The notes under the pieces were generated by a model. It saw only the letters and a list, made by a program, of their open reading frames with translations, was not told the DNA's origin and searched no databases. Below, in pieces: positions 30,107 through 39,249 of a DNA stretch of 64,000 bases. The translations under genes and the position numbers were made by a program. Origin of the DNA: a bacterium (GTDB lineage: Bacteria; Electryoneota; Electryoneia; Electryoneales; Electryoneaceae). The first letter of the stretch is position 1. Each line of letters begins with the position of its first letter. The stretch covers positions 128,001-192,000 of the forward strand of contig OY769902.1 of assembly GCA_963669175.1 (NCBI GenBank). Direction: 5' to 3'.

Positions 30107-30369
30107 TCCTCTTGATAAACGCAGCGGATATATAGTGGAGATGTTTCGCCTCATCGCGATATACATGCTTATGAACATTCCCGACTTTGCTCATCAACTT
30201 CTGCTACAGGAAAAAACTCTGTATCCAAATCAAGTACGAAAAGAATACTAATATCAGCACAGGGCAAAATCGGGCCACCCAGTCTAACGCCTTCGGAGCA
30301 AAGCTATCAATATCCCTTTTCGTGTCGTCAACAACTGAAGGACTAACTTCTTGAAATGAATTAAAATAG

Positions 30370-30396
30370 ACCCCGCCGGACAAGCCGGACGGGGCC
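30370..30396 (-). terminator. Probable terminator after 30412..33567
   Basis: GC-rich hairpin ccccgccgg...ccggacgggg with an A-rich tract on its left. Confidence 0.5.
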
Positions 30397-30411
30397 AAGT
30401 AGCGAAACATT

Positions 30412-33400
30412 TTACTTCAACAAAGTCGCTTTCTGTACTGTCGAAAAAGCCCCGGCTTCCATCCGAACGAAATAAATACCGGACGCGAAGCCATGTCCGT
30501 TCCAGGTGAAACTGTGACTGCCCTGGACAAGGGTGCGGTTTGTTACTGTCGCCACCTCACGCCCCAGCACATCATACACAGCGACTTTGACATGCCGGGT
30601 TTCAGGGATATCAACCTGCACATGCACTACCGGATTGAATGGATTCGGGTAAACCGGATGCAGCTTGAATTCGTGGGGCAGGGTGTTATCTGAAATCTCC
30701 TTCACGCCCACATAACCATCAACAATATGCTGGGTATACAGATCCCTGAAATCAGAGAAATCATAGTCCCTGGAATAATCCGCACGGTCATCGACCCAGG
30801 CGACAAGAATGCCGCCAGCCCCATCAGGAACAGCATGTAATTCGCTGATACATGCGGACACCTCTGTCAATAACAATCCATTGTCACGGTCATAAGCATC
30901 GTCCACCAACACGCCCGATTCATCGATATGCGCATAGCGCAATTCTGCTTCATCTTCGTAACGGTTGATGTAGTAGTGTTCGGTCCAAACAACCCAGAGA
31001 TCATTATAGGGGCCGGCTACCAGTTCATGACGATGACGGAATGAAGCTTCATTTACAGCAATGACGCCATTTTCAAAATCCAGCAATGGTGTGCCATCCC
31101 AATCAAAGCGCTGGGAGAAAATCGCCGCAGGGTTCAGGTCGTTGTCGCTGTTTTGCCAGACAAGCCAGAAGAAGGATGATTCATCCTGTGCCGGTTCGAT
31201 GTCGAAAGCGATTGCTGAATGATCAACCAACTCGATACCGTTCAAGGAATCCGGCCAGAGCAGCTCGCCATCATCCTGCACTGCTTGAGCACGCAAACTA
31301 TACAGATCCTCGTCCAGGTAATCCTGCCAGACAACAAGCAGGACATCATCAATCATCCGAATTTCAACAGTTGCCGGAATGAGATTTGGGGACTGCTCTA
31401 CAAGGACAGATGACCAGAGTAAATCGCCTGTTCCGGAATAGGTAGCGGCGAGGATGGAATTGCTGCCATCGTCTTCCACACGTCGCCCGATAACCGTAAG
31501 CAAATCGTAGGATTGAGTGAAACTGCTCAACAGGTGAATGGGCCTGAAGGGATCTGACAGCGCGTCGATACCATTTACACGGCCGCCCGTCCAGGCAGGT
31601 TCACCATCTGAGGTAAGTTGTTGGAGACGTACCCAACGATGTCCCATGTAAAACCGTTCAAACGCCACATTGATCCGGTCCTCGCTGTCAAGTGAAAACA
31701 TGGGCGAGATATCGTAATGCAGCAGCCCCGGTTCACATACGACAGCGCCAGTGTCTGCAAAAAGCATTTCACCGGCCGGGGATGTTTTCTGGACCATGAC
31801 ATGCTGCGTTGACGGGCTCCGGCTATCCGACCAGACCGAGATCAGCTCTCCAGCCGAGTTTATACGGGATGAAAGCGTATCAACAAAAAGGGAATCGTTC
31901 GGATATCCGGGGATCAGGTTGTTTCCCACAACGTCCCAAAGACGTTCGCCTGTATCCAGAGAAATGGCTTGCGAACAGGGAGTATTCCGGTACTCGTAGT
32001 CAAGCCAACTGAAATATACATCGTTCTCGTTTGTAGCTTCAGTCACGGAAATGTTGCCGACATAGGAATCCACCCAGGCCATGACCTGCTCACCACCTTC
32101 TTCAAGAAAGGGATTGCCGTTGGTGGAGTTTACCGTCTGCCAACGTAAAACAGGCGTGCGGGTGGTTGTGTCGAGCATAGCGTAGGTGATATTCTCGCCA
32201 TCCGTAGTGGACGCCAGGGTATAGTCGGAGATAATCGCGTTTTCATCGGAGATCAGGACGTTTTCAGAAACATTGCCCCACCGGTTGAAGCCAAGGTCCA
32301 GCACATATTCCGTATGCAGGGCCATGATGCCAAGATCACCGGCAGTCCAGCTTATAATCATCCCGCCATCCGGTCCGGGAATAGCCTGCAGATTCAGGGA
32401 GGGAAGTTGTTCAGAGGCTGCGGTTCCAATCAGCAGTCCTTCCTCTTCGTTGCCGTCAGGTCCAAGATACAGGATCAGGTCGCCATCATCGTCTTTAAAA
32501 CGCTGGGCGATAATATCTGTCTCATAATAATTCTGGGAGTTGGCTGTTGCGGCCAGATAGGCATCCCCATCGCTTCCCGGTACGAGCTGGAACAGTGAGG
32601 TATAGTCGAAACTGAAGCTGCCGATGCTGATACCACCTTCCCAGGTAAAATCACCATCCTGGTTGACGTGCTGCATGGCAAGCGTATCTGCAGCGGAGCT
32701 GTTCCAGACGATATAAGCGCCGCCATTGCCATCCGAACAGGACTTCACGCTGACGGCTGGAATTGCATCCTCATAGAGTGTAAGGAAATCAGTGGGCGAC
32801 TCACCCCAGGTCAAGGTTCCGGCACTGTCCAGACGTGTGGTATGAATACGTTGGATATAGGGTGAATAAGCTTCTCGCAGCCGCCAGGTCAAGATGATGG
32901 CATCGTTGTCATCAGTGATTCCGGTAACTTCTCGCAGATTGTACTGGACGTCTTCGTACTGGTACAGGTAACGCGCTTCGCCATTCCATTCCAGTTGTCC
33001 GTTGGCATTTACTTTCCTGACAATGGCGCGGGTCATATCGTAAGCAATAACATACAAGCCGTTTTCACGGGTTGGAAACAGCTGTATGTCATAACAATAA
33101 TCATTGTTCCCAAACAGTTCAACACCACCCACTTCCAGCAGTTCGGTGCCGTGACTGTTTACTTTCTGAAGACGGATGTTCTTGCCATAATCATCGGTGA
33201 TTGAGGAAAAGATAATCCACCAATTACCGCCCCCGGCATCAAGAACAGCCTGGTTTTCCTGCAACTGCCTGCCTTCATAGTTCAGCTCAATGCCGTCCTC
33301 GCCCCACAGAGGCTGTCCGGCGGAATTGATTTTCTGCAGGAAAAGGTTACAGTTGTCCAATCCATTTTGCGACCAGATAAAGCAGGCTTCACCATTATCA

Positions 33401-33567
33401 TTAAACGCTATCGCCTGGTTCAGGGAGTTGAAAACGGGGTAATCACCCTTCCGTACCGGAACCCCGTCGAGAGGTGTCCACTGTCTGAATTCCTGGGCAA
33501 AAGTCTGGGTGACGAAAACCAATACGAAGGCACACACAACTGCGGAGACGAGATGCTTACTCTTCAT
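30412..33567 (-). CDS. Large secreted repeat protein with T9SS-type C-terminal domain
   Basis: Signal peptide; recurring DG.GG..I.W...QK....G..LW...G units; YPNPFNP...ASGIYF...TLLK tail. Confidence 0.85.
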   Translation of the reverse strand: MKSKHLVSAVVCAFVLVFVTQTFAQEFRQWTPLDGVPVRKGDYPVFNSLNQAIAFNDNGEACFIWSQNGLDNCNLFLQKINSAGQPLWGEDGIELNYEGRQLQENQAVLDAGGGNWWIIFSSITDDYGKNIRLQKVNSHGTELLEVGGVELFGNNDYCYDIQLFPTRENGLYVIAYDMTRAIVRKVNANGQLEWNGEARYLYQYEDVQYNLREVTGITDDNDAIILTWRLREAYSPYIQRIHTTRLDSAGTLTWGESPTDFLTLYEDAIPAVSVKSCSDGNGGAYIVWNSSAADTLAMQHVNQDGDFTWEGGISIGSFSFDYTSLFQLVPGSDGDAYLAATANSQNYYETDIIAQRFKDDDGDLILYLGPDGNEEEGLLIGTAASEQLPSLNLQAIPGPDGGMIISWTAGDLGIMALHTEYVLDLGFNRWGNVSENVLISDENAIISDYTLASTTDGENITYAMLDTTTRTPVLRWQTVNSTNGNPFLEEGGEQVMAWVDSYVGNISVTEATNENDVYFSWLDYEYRNTPCSQAISLDTGERLWDVVGNNLIPGYPNDSLFVDTLSSRINSAGELISVWSDSRSPSTQHVMVQKTSPAGEMLFADTGAVVCEPGLLHYDISPMFSLDSEDRINVAFERFYMGHRWVRLQQLTSDGEPAWTGGRVNGIDALSDPFRPIHLLSSFTQSYDLLTVIGRRVEDDGSNSILAATYSGTGDLLWSSVLVEQSPNLIPATVEIRMIDDVLLVVWQDYLDEDLYSLRAQAVQDDGELLWPDSLNGIELVDHSAIAFDIEPAQDESSFFWLVWQNSDNDLNPAAIFSQRFDWDGTPLLDFENGVIAVNEASFRHRHELVAGPYNDLWVVWTEHYYINRYEDEAELRYAHIDESGVLVDDAYDRDNGLLLTEVSACISELHAVPDGAGGILVAWVDDRADYSRDYDFSDFRDLYTQHIVDGYVGVKEISDNTLPHEFKLHPVYPNPFNPVVHVQVDIPETRHVKVAVYDVLGREVATVTNRTLVQGSHSFTWNGHGFASGIYFVRMEAGAFSTVQKATLLK

Positions 33568-33783
33568 AACAACCCCCTGTAGCGTTCAGTCCTTGTAATA
33601 TCGGGTCATATAAAGTGTAAACAAATATTTCAGGGAGAACAATCACCTCAAACAAGATTTTCTTTTTTTCTGATATAGAATTCCTCAATGTATAACTTAT
33701 TCAACACCTCGTTGTTTCGTGTGGAAAAGCGTAGCTGTGTTTTACAAGAAAATGACAACACTCGGGTGGCCCGATATTTTTTC

Positions 33784-33817
33784 AAAAGAACAACCCGAAG
33801 CAAAACTTCGGGTTGTT
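33784..33817 (-). terminator. Intrinsic terminator after epimerase gene
   Basis: aacaacccgaag-caaaa-cttcgggttgtt with an A-tract on its left. Confidence 0.7.
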
Positions 33818-33898
33818 TCGATATCACATTATAAAAACCACTACAAAAAAATCGTTGCGTTCTTTGTTTCTATGCGCCTTCGCGTCTTTGCGTGAAAC

Positions 33899-34948
33899 CT
33901 ACTTCAGCTTCTTCCCGCCATCGTAGTACTCCATGAACCAGTCGAGGAAACGGTCGATGCCTTCTTCCACGGAGACCTTCGGCTCGTAGCCGGTGTCACG
34001 GCGTAGTGATTCGATATCCGCCGTGGTTTCGGCCACGTCACCCATCTGCATCGGTAGTTCTTCCACGATCGCTTTTTTACCCAGCTTTTTTTCGATCAGT
34101 TCGAGGAAATGGCGCAGTTCGACAGTCTGCCCGCGTCCGATATTATACAGACGGTATGGCGCGGAGCTGGTGCCGGGGTTGGGGTGTTCGCCGGTCCAGT
34201 TCGGATCAGGAGCGGGCAGAATACGCATGCTCTGGATGATACCTTCGACAATATCATCGATATAGGTAAAGTCGCGACGCATATTGCCGTAGTTGAACAG
34301 TTTCATCGGCTGATCCAGCAGAATCGCCTTGCTGAACAGGAACAGCGCCATGTCCGGACGTCCCCAGGGGCCATACACGGTAAAGAAGCGCAGCCCGGTA
34401 GTACGTACTCCGAACAGGTGCGAGTACGCATGCGCCATCAGCTCGTTGGACTTCTTCGAGGCGGCATACAGCGAGACCGGGTGGTCCACATTGTCTTCCA
34501 CCGCGAAGGGGATATTCTTGTTCAGTCCGTACACCGAGCTGGAGGAAGCGTAGAGCAGGTGTTTGACACCATGATGACGGCAGGCTTCCAGGATATTGAA
34601 GAAGCCGACAATATTGCCTTCGATGTAGGTCTGGGGGTGATCCAGGGAATAACGCACCCCGGCCTGTGCAGCGAGGTTGACCACCAGCTCGAAACCGTAT
34701 TTATCAAACGCGGCATTGACCGCGTCGGCATCTTCCAGCTTTTCACGGAGTAGCGTGAATTTCCCCGTCGCTTCAAGACGCTTGATACGTGTTTCTTTCA
34801 GGCTGACATCGTAATAATCATTTACACAGTCATAGCCCACAACCTCATGACCTTCTGCGATCAATCGTTCGGAGAGGTTGAAGCCGATAAACCCGGCGGC
34901 GCCGGTTACCAGGACAGGGATCGAGGCATCATAAGCATCGAGTGGCAT
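33899..34948 (-). CDS. NAD-dependent epimerase (UDP-glucuronate 4-epimerase type)
   Basis: VTGAAGFIG, LAAQAGVRYS, YASSSSVYG, YAASK, RFFTVYGPWGRPDMA. Confidence 0.95.
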   Translation of the reverse strand: MPLDAYDASIPVLVTGAAGFIGFNLSERLIAEGHEVVGYDCVNDYYDVSLKETRIKRLEATGKFTLLREKLEDADAVNAAFDKYGFELVVNLAAQAGVRYSLDHPQTYIEGNIVGFFNILEACRHHGVKHLLYASSSSVYGLNKNIPFAVEDNVDHPVSLYAASKKSNELMAHAYSHLFGVRTTGLRFFTVYGPWGRPDMALFLFSKAILLDQPMKLFNYGNMRRDFTYIDDIVEGIIQSMRILPAPDPNWTGEHPNPGTSSAPYRLYNIGRGQTVELRHFLELIEKKLGKKAIVEELPMQMGDVAETTADIESLRRDTGYEPKVSVEEGIDRFLDWFMEYYDGGKKLK

Positions 34949-34984
34949 GAGTAACTCCTGTTCAAACCTGTATCAGTATACCGA

Positions 34985-35533
34985 TCAGGCGATCTGTTCT
35001 TCGATAAGTCCAAGGTACGGCAGGGCACGGTACTTCTGGTCAAAATCCAGCCCGTAGCCCACCACAAACACATCATCAATCTGGAACCCGACATAGTCGG
35101 GATCGTACTCGACCTCACGGCGTGACGGCTTATCCAGCAGGGTACAGGTCACCAACCGTGACGGCCCCATGTCGTTCAGCAGGTCATGGATACGCTTGAG
35201 CGTACGTCCGGTGTCAATGATGTCGTCCATCAGGATGACGTTTCGTCCACGAAGATCTGTAGTAGTACCCTGCAGGATTTTCACCTTGCCCGATGAGACG
35301 GTTCCGCCGCCGTAGCTGGAAGCGGTCATGAAGCTCACTTCTTCCACATCCACCCCTTCACGACTCAGCTCCCTGATCAGATCCGCAGCAAAAACATAAG
35401 CGCCGCGCAGCATGGGGATGACCGTAACCGGGCCATGCTTCTTCAGGTCATCAGCAATCTCTCCGGCCAGCTCAGCAATACGGGAGGTGATACGTTCTTC
35501 CGATATCAGGACTTCTGATGAAAGGGTAAACAT
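34985..35533 (-). CDS. hpt: Hypoxanthine phosphoribosyltransferase
   Basis: SSYGGG, VILMDDIIDTGRTL PRPP motif, LLDKPSRR, FVVGYGLD...YRALP. Confidence 0.95.
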   Translation of the reverse strand: MFTLSSEVLISEERITSRIAELAGEIADDLKKHGPVTVIPMLRGAYVFAADLIRELSREGVDVEEVSFMTASSYGGGTVSSGKVKILQGTTTDLRGRNVILMDDIIDTGRTLKRIHDLLNDMGPSRLVTCTLLDKPSRREVEYDPDYVGFQIDDVFVVGYGLDFDQKYRALPYLGLIEEQIA

Positions 35534-35704
35534 GGTGTCTCCTTGTCCAGGGTATCAGGCGGATTACAAACCAGCGCCTTCATGGGCGAGTCGCATCGAA
35601 AGTAGGCCGTATTTTCTGATGTGTCAAGGAGAAAGTCTTGATCAGACCTCTTACGTGATGTATGTTTCCCTGTCCAGCCTATAGGAAAGAAAGGAACCAG
35701 TCTC

Positions 35705-36490
35705 ATGAGTGATAGTGGCCCGCAGAACACTACGGCTCAGGATTCGAATGACCTTTTCCCACGTCCGCTCGACAAAGTCGGTCTGTTCGTAGCCGGAATC
35801 GTTCATAACCTGTACAGCCCGTTGACCGCAATGATGGGAACATTGGACCTGATGCGCTTGAAGCATCCGGAATTGCAACGGGAACTGGAACGTATCAGCA
35901 ACATGACTTACCGTCTGAAAGATGATATTGCCGTCATCATGGAAAAAGCCCGTGATGAAGGCGCTCAAAATATTACGGAAGTCGATCTTGCCCGGCTGAT
36001 CAGCAACGAGCTGCTTTTTTATAAGGGTGACCCACGGCTGAAACATATGATCGAAGTGAACTGGGAAGAACCGGTCGGTTTACCCAGGTTCAACGCTCCG
36101 GCGCGTGATTTTATCATGGCGTTCGATCAACTGCTGACCAATGCCATCGAAGCCATGGACAACGTGGACAGCAAAAACCTGACTATCCTCCTGTTTGAAG
36201 ATGGCGATGAGCTGGTGTTGACCATGAAGGATTCCGGCGTTGGCATGGATGAAGAAACGCTGGCGCACGCCTTCGATCCCTTCTTCACCACCAAAACCCC
36301 CATACTGGAAGGCCGAAACCCGCACACCCTCGCGCTTGGCGTTGGCCTGACATTCGTCAAGATGATATTTGACAACCTCGGTTGCAGCATTAACCTGGAA
36401 AGCTCGCCGGACCACGGAACCATGGTGGAAGTCCGGATTCCATGGAAGAAAATCCATGAGGCTCATCCGAGACAAATGGTCTTCAAATAG
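35705..36490 (+). CDS. Sensor-less histidine kinase core (HisKA-HATPase)
   Basis: AGIVHNLYSPL H-box, LLTNAIEA N-box, DSGVG, FDPFFTTK; no input domain. Confidence 0.85.
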   Translation: MSDSGPQNTTAQDSNDLFPRPLDKVGLFVAGIVHNLYSPLTAMMGTLDLMRLKHPELQRELERISNMTYRLKDDIAVIMEKARDEGAQNITEVDLARLISNELLFYKGDPRLKHMIEVNWEEPVGLPRFNAPARDFIMAFDQLLTNAIEAMDNVDSKNLTILLFEDGDELVLTMKDSGVGMDEETLAHAFDPFFTTKTPILEGRNPHTLALGVGLTFVKMIFDNLGCSINLESSPDHGTMVEVRIPWKKIHEAHPRQMVFK

Positions 36491-36603
36491 GAAAACTGTG
36501 TTAGCTATATCACTCTTTGCCTGTAATTTGACACTTAATTTTTTAATAGATCGCGTGGGTTACTATCTCAAAAATTGCAGTTTAGAAAGGTGGTGGGATA
36601 ACC

Positions 36604-37785
36604 ATGTTCTTGTCCCACATTGACAACGTCAATCCCGGAGACCGTCTCGGCAAACCCTTGTATGACGAGAACGGCCGTCTGCTCATTTCTTCCGGATACG
36701 CCATGAGCGATGCCGTGGTGCAGCGTCTCAGGGGGCTCGGTTACCAGCAGATTTACCTCGATGATCACCTGACCGGAAAAGTCAAACCTGACACCATTAT
36801 TTCGGAAGCATCCCGCATCCAGATTATTAAAAAACTGCGCGAAATCAATGCGGTTTTCAAGGGGAACGAAGTTATTCACAGTCTTGATCCGCGACGAATA
36901 CGGCGTGAAGTATACAGCAGTAAAAAACTTCACAAAGTGCTTCACATGAAAGAATTCCGTCGCCTGGCCGGTCAGCTTCTGGATGACCTCTCCGAAAGTC
37001 GAGCGGGTTTTTTTACCCACAATCCGATGCGCGCCACTGAAAATGACCCGTATGAACATGCTGTCGATGTAGCCGTGCTCTCGCTGTTGATCAGCCAGAA
37101 GCTCTCCATGGAATGGGAGGACATGCTCTCCATCGGCACGGCAGCGCTTCTGCATGATGTTGGCAAAACCATCCTCCTGGAAGCATTTTCAGCGCGTGAT
37201 ACCATCCCTGAAGAGAAACGGGCTGCTGCGTTGCGTGACCACCCGGTATTCTCGATGTTGATGGTGAAAAATGCGGATCCAGCCAGTTTTAAAGAACAGA
37301 TCACCATTGAAGAACACCATGAACGCCTGGACGGAAGTGGGTATCCTGCAAAAATTCGTGGAGGCGATAATCACCCGGCAGAGCACCCCAAACGTGGTCA
37401 ACGCTGGATCTATCGTTTCGCCCGGATAGTCGCGGTGGCAGATGAATATGATAACCTGGTCAATGGTCGGAACGACTACGAACGCGTCACTCCGGACATT
37501 GCCCTGGCCAAATTGATCAAGCGTTCCGGAGTGTTGTGGAATTCACATGTGATCCGGGCATTGGTTGAGACAGTACAACCTTATGCGACCACCACGCCCG
37601 TTGTGGTTCGCAGATCCGAAAAAGAGCAACTGGTAGGATTCAGCGGAGTTGTCGTACAAACGAATACAAATCACCCTCTGCGTCCGACTGTACTGTTCCT
37701 GAAGGATTCCAAAGGCAAAGAGGTAAAGCCCACCAAGGTTGAGATGACAGACGACAGGTTACTCCGGTTGCAGATCGCTGTCTGA
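36604..37785 (+). CDS. HD-GYP domain protein (cyclic di-GMP phosphodiesterase family)
   Basis: LLHDVGK, HHERLDGSGYP, VAVADEYD; typical PGDRLGKPLYD N-terminus. Confidence 0.9.
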   Translation: MFLSHIDNVNPGDRLGKPLYDENGRLLISSGYAMSDAVVQRLRGLGYQQIYLDDHLTGKVKPDTIISEASRIQIIKKLREINAVFKGNEVIHSLDPRRIRREVYSSKKLHKVLHMKEFRRLAGQLLDDLSESRAGFFTHNPMRATENDPYEHAVDVAVLSLLISQKLSMEWEDMLSIGTAALLHDVGKTILLEAFSARDTIPEEKRAAALRDHPVFSMLMVKNADPASFKEQITIEEHHERLDGSGYPAKIRGGDNHPAEHPKRGQRWIYRFARIVAVADEYDNLVNGRNDYERVTPDIALAKLIKRSGVLWNSHVIRALVETVQPYATTTPVVVRRSEKEQLVGFSGVVVQTNTNHPLRPTVLFLKDSKGKEVKPTKVEMTDDRLLRLQIAV

Positions 37786-38730
37786 GATTTCTTTCTCTGC
37801 AAGTGTTTCCCGAATCTTCGCCAGCAGGACATCATCCGGAAGCGGTTTTTCGAAGAAAGCGACAACCCCCAACTGCTTTGCCTTGTCTTCAATCTGTTCT
37901 GTCCGTAAAGCTGTCAGGATAATAACAGGCAGGCTTTTCGTAGCTGAGAAGACTCGCAGCATATGCAAGACATCCAGCCCGTTCTTAATCGGCAATCCGA
38001 TATCCAGAATCACCAAATCAGGATTGATTGTCCTCACCTTCTGAATGGCTTCTTTCCCATCCCCGGCGGTATCAGCCCTGAACCCACTCAGCCAGAGAAC
38101 CTTGCTCAAACGTACCGCTAGAAGTTCTTCATCATCGACAACCAGGATAAGCGGACGTGTTTCCGCCACCTTGGGCTCATCGTCTTTCTTCGCCTTCTTT
38201 GGCGCATGGAGCGCCTGCTTCATCAATTCGTCGATTTTCCGTGGCACCCAATCGGGATTGATGGACGTGCGCAAGAACAGACCTTTTCCCAATCCGTCCC
38301 AGTCACCGGTTCGTGCAATGGCTTCACTCTCCCCCACCAGGACAAAATAGGTCGGTTCCAGCACCATGTCCTTGATCAGATCATGAAGCAGATCCACCGC
38401 ATGCAGATCACCCTGCACAGCATCCAGAACGACGAGATCCAAGGCCTGGAAATCTGAGGTCAACGCTTCTTCAAATGACTCATAAACGACGACTTCCATC
38501 TCCAGCAGGGAAAGGGCCGTTTCAAGCTTGTTCCTAAGCTGACTGTGGCCCATAATGACCATGGAACGCTTGCGGTTCAGTTCTTCAATGACATCCGCCG
38601 GACGGTAGGAGATCACCTGTTCCCGGGCGAGATATTCCTCGAGAATATCACGGGCCTGATCATAGGTCAGGTCAAGATCATCCTTAGGGGATTCGGTCGT
38701 CTTTTCTGGCTTTTTATCGTCCATGACCAT
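37759..38730 (-). CDS. Response regulator with C-terminal receiver domain (start uncertain)
   Basis: ILVVDDE, LVILDIGLP, ILTA, EKP; central region resembles a degenerate second receiver; 3' end overlaps the convergent HD-GYP gene by 27 bp. Confidence 0.8.
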   Translation of the reverse strand: MVMDDKKPEKTTESPKDDLDLTYDQARDILEEYLAREQVISYRPADVIEELNRKRSMVIMGHSQLRNKLETALSLLEMEVVVYESFEEALTSDFQALDLVVLDAVQGDLHAVDLLHDLIKDMVLEPTYFVLVGESEAIARTGDWDGLGKGLFLRTSINPDWVPRKIDELMKQALHAPKKAKKDDEPKVAETRPLILVVDDEELLAVRLSKVLWLSGFRADTAGDGKEAIQKVRTINPDLVILDIGLPIKNGLDVLHMLRVFSATKSLPVIILTALRTEQIEDKAKQLGVVAFFEKPLPDDVLLAKIRETLAEKEISDSDLQPE

Positions 38731-38851
38731 AAAATATGCAATTTGTAGTAATAAAAGTTGACGCAGAGCAATCAACTGGTTGAAATCGAGCCACAAAAAA
38801 TGTCCGGCGGTGTGCTGCCGGATATAGATCAACGCAAAATAATTTTTATCG

Positions 38852-39095
38852 TTACTTGACCAAAACCATCCGCTTCATATCGGTAAATGAGCCTGCTTCG
38901 ATCCGGTAGAAATACATCCCGCTGGCCAAGTGGCTTGCATCAAAGGTGACGCTATGCATACCCGCCTGCATGGGGCAATCCACCAACTGCGCAACTTCCT
39001 GCCCCATGATGTTGTACACCGATAGCTGGACCGTTTCTGGACGCATCAGGTCAAAGCTCAATGTCGTCGTCGGGTTGAAGGGGTTGAGGTAGTGT
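38852..39095 (-). pseudogene. Orphan T9SS-type C-terminal domain fragment
   Basis: YLNPFNPTTTLSF...VYNIMGQEV...LASGMYFY...KRMVLVK with no signal peptide, cargo or ATG start. Confidence 0.75.
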
Positions 39096-39249
39096 TTGAA
39101 GCAAGGCAAAAAAGAGAAGGGTAGAAATTTCAGAAAATCAAGAGGATGATGGCGACTATTCTCAACAAATGCTAATACAATATGTTACAAGGACAAAAAC
39201 TACCGTCTGTCCCTAGTTTCTGTAAGTTTCTCCTAGTTTCTGTATCAAC

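Noticed and set aside
30204-30410. 68-aa ORF between the convergent secreted-protein genes
   Set aside because: It crosses a terminator hairpin and the dispersed 12-mer, and has no recognisable homology.
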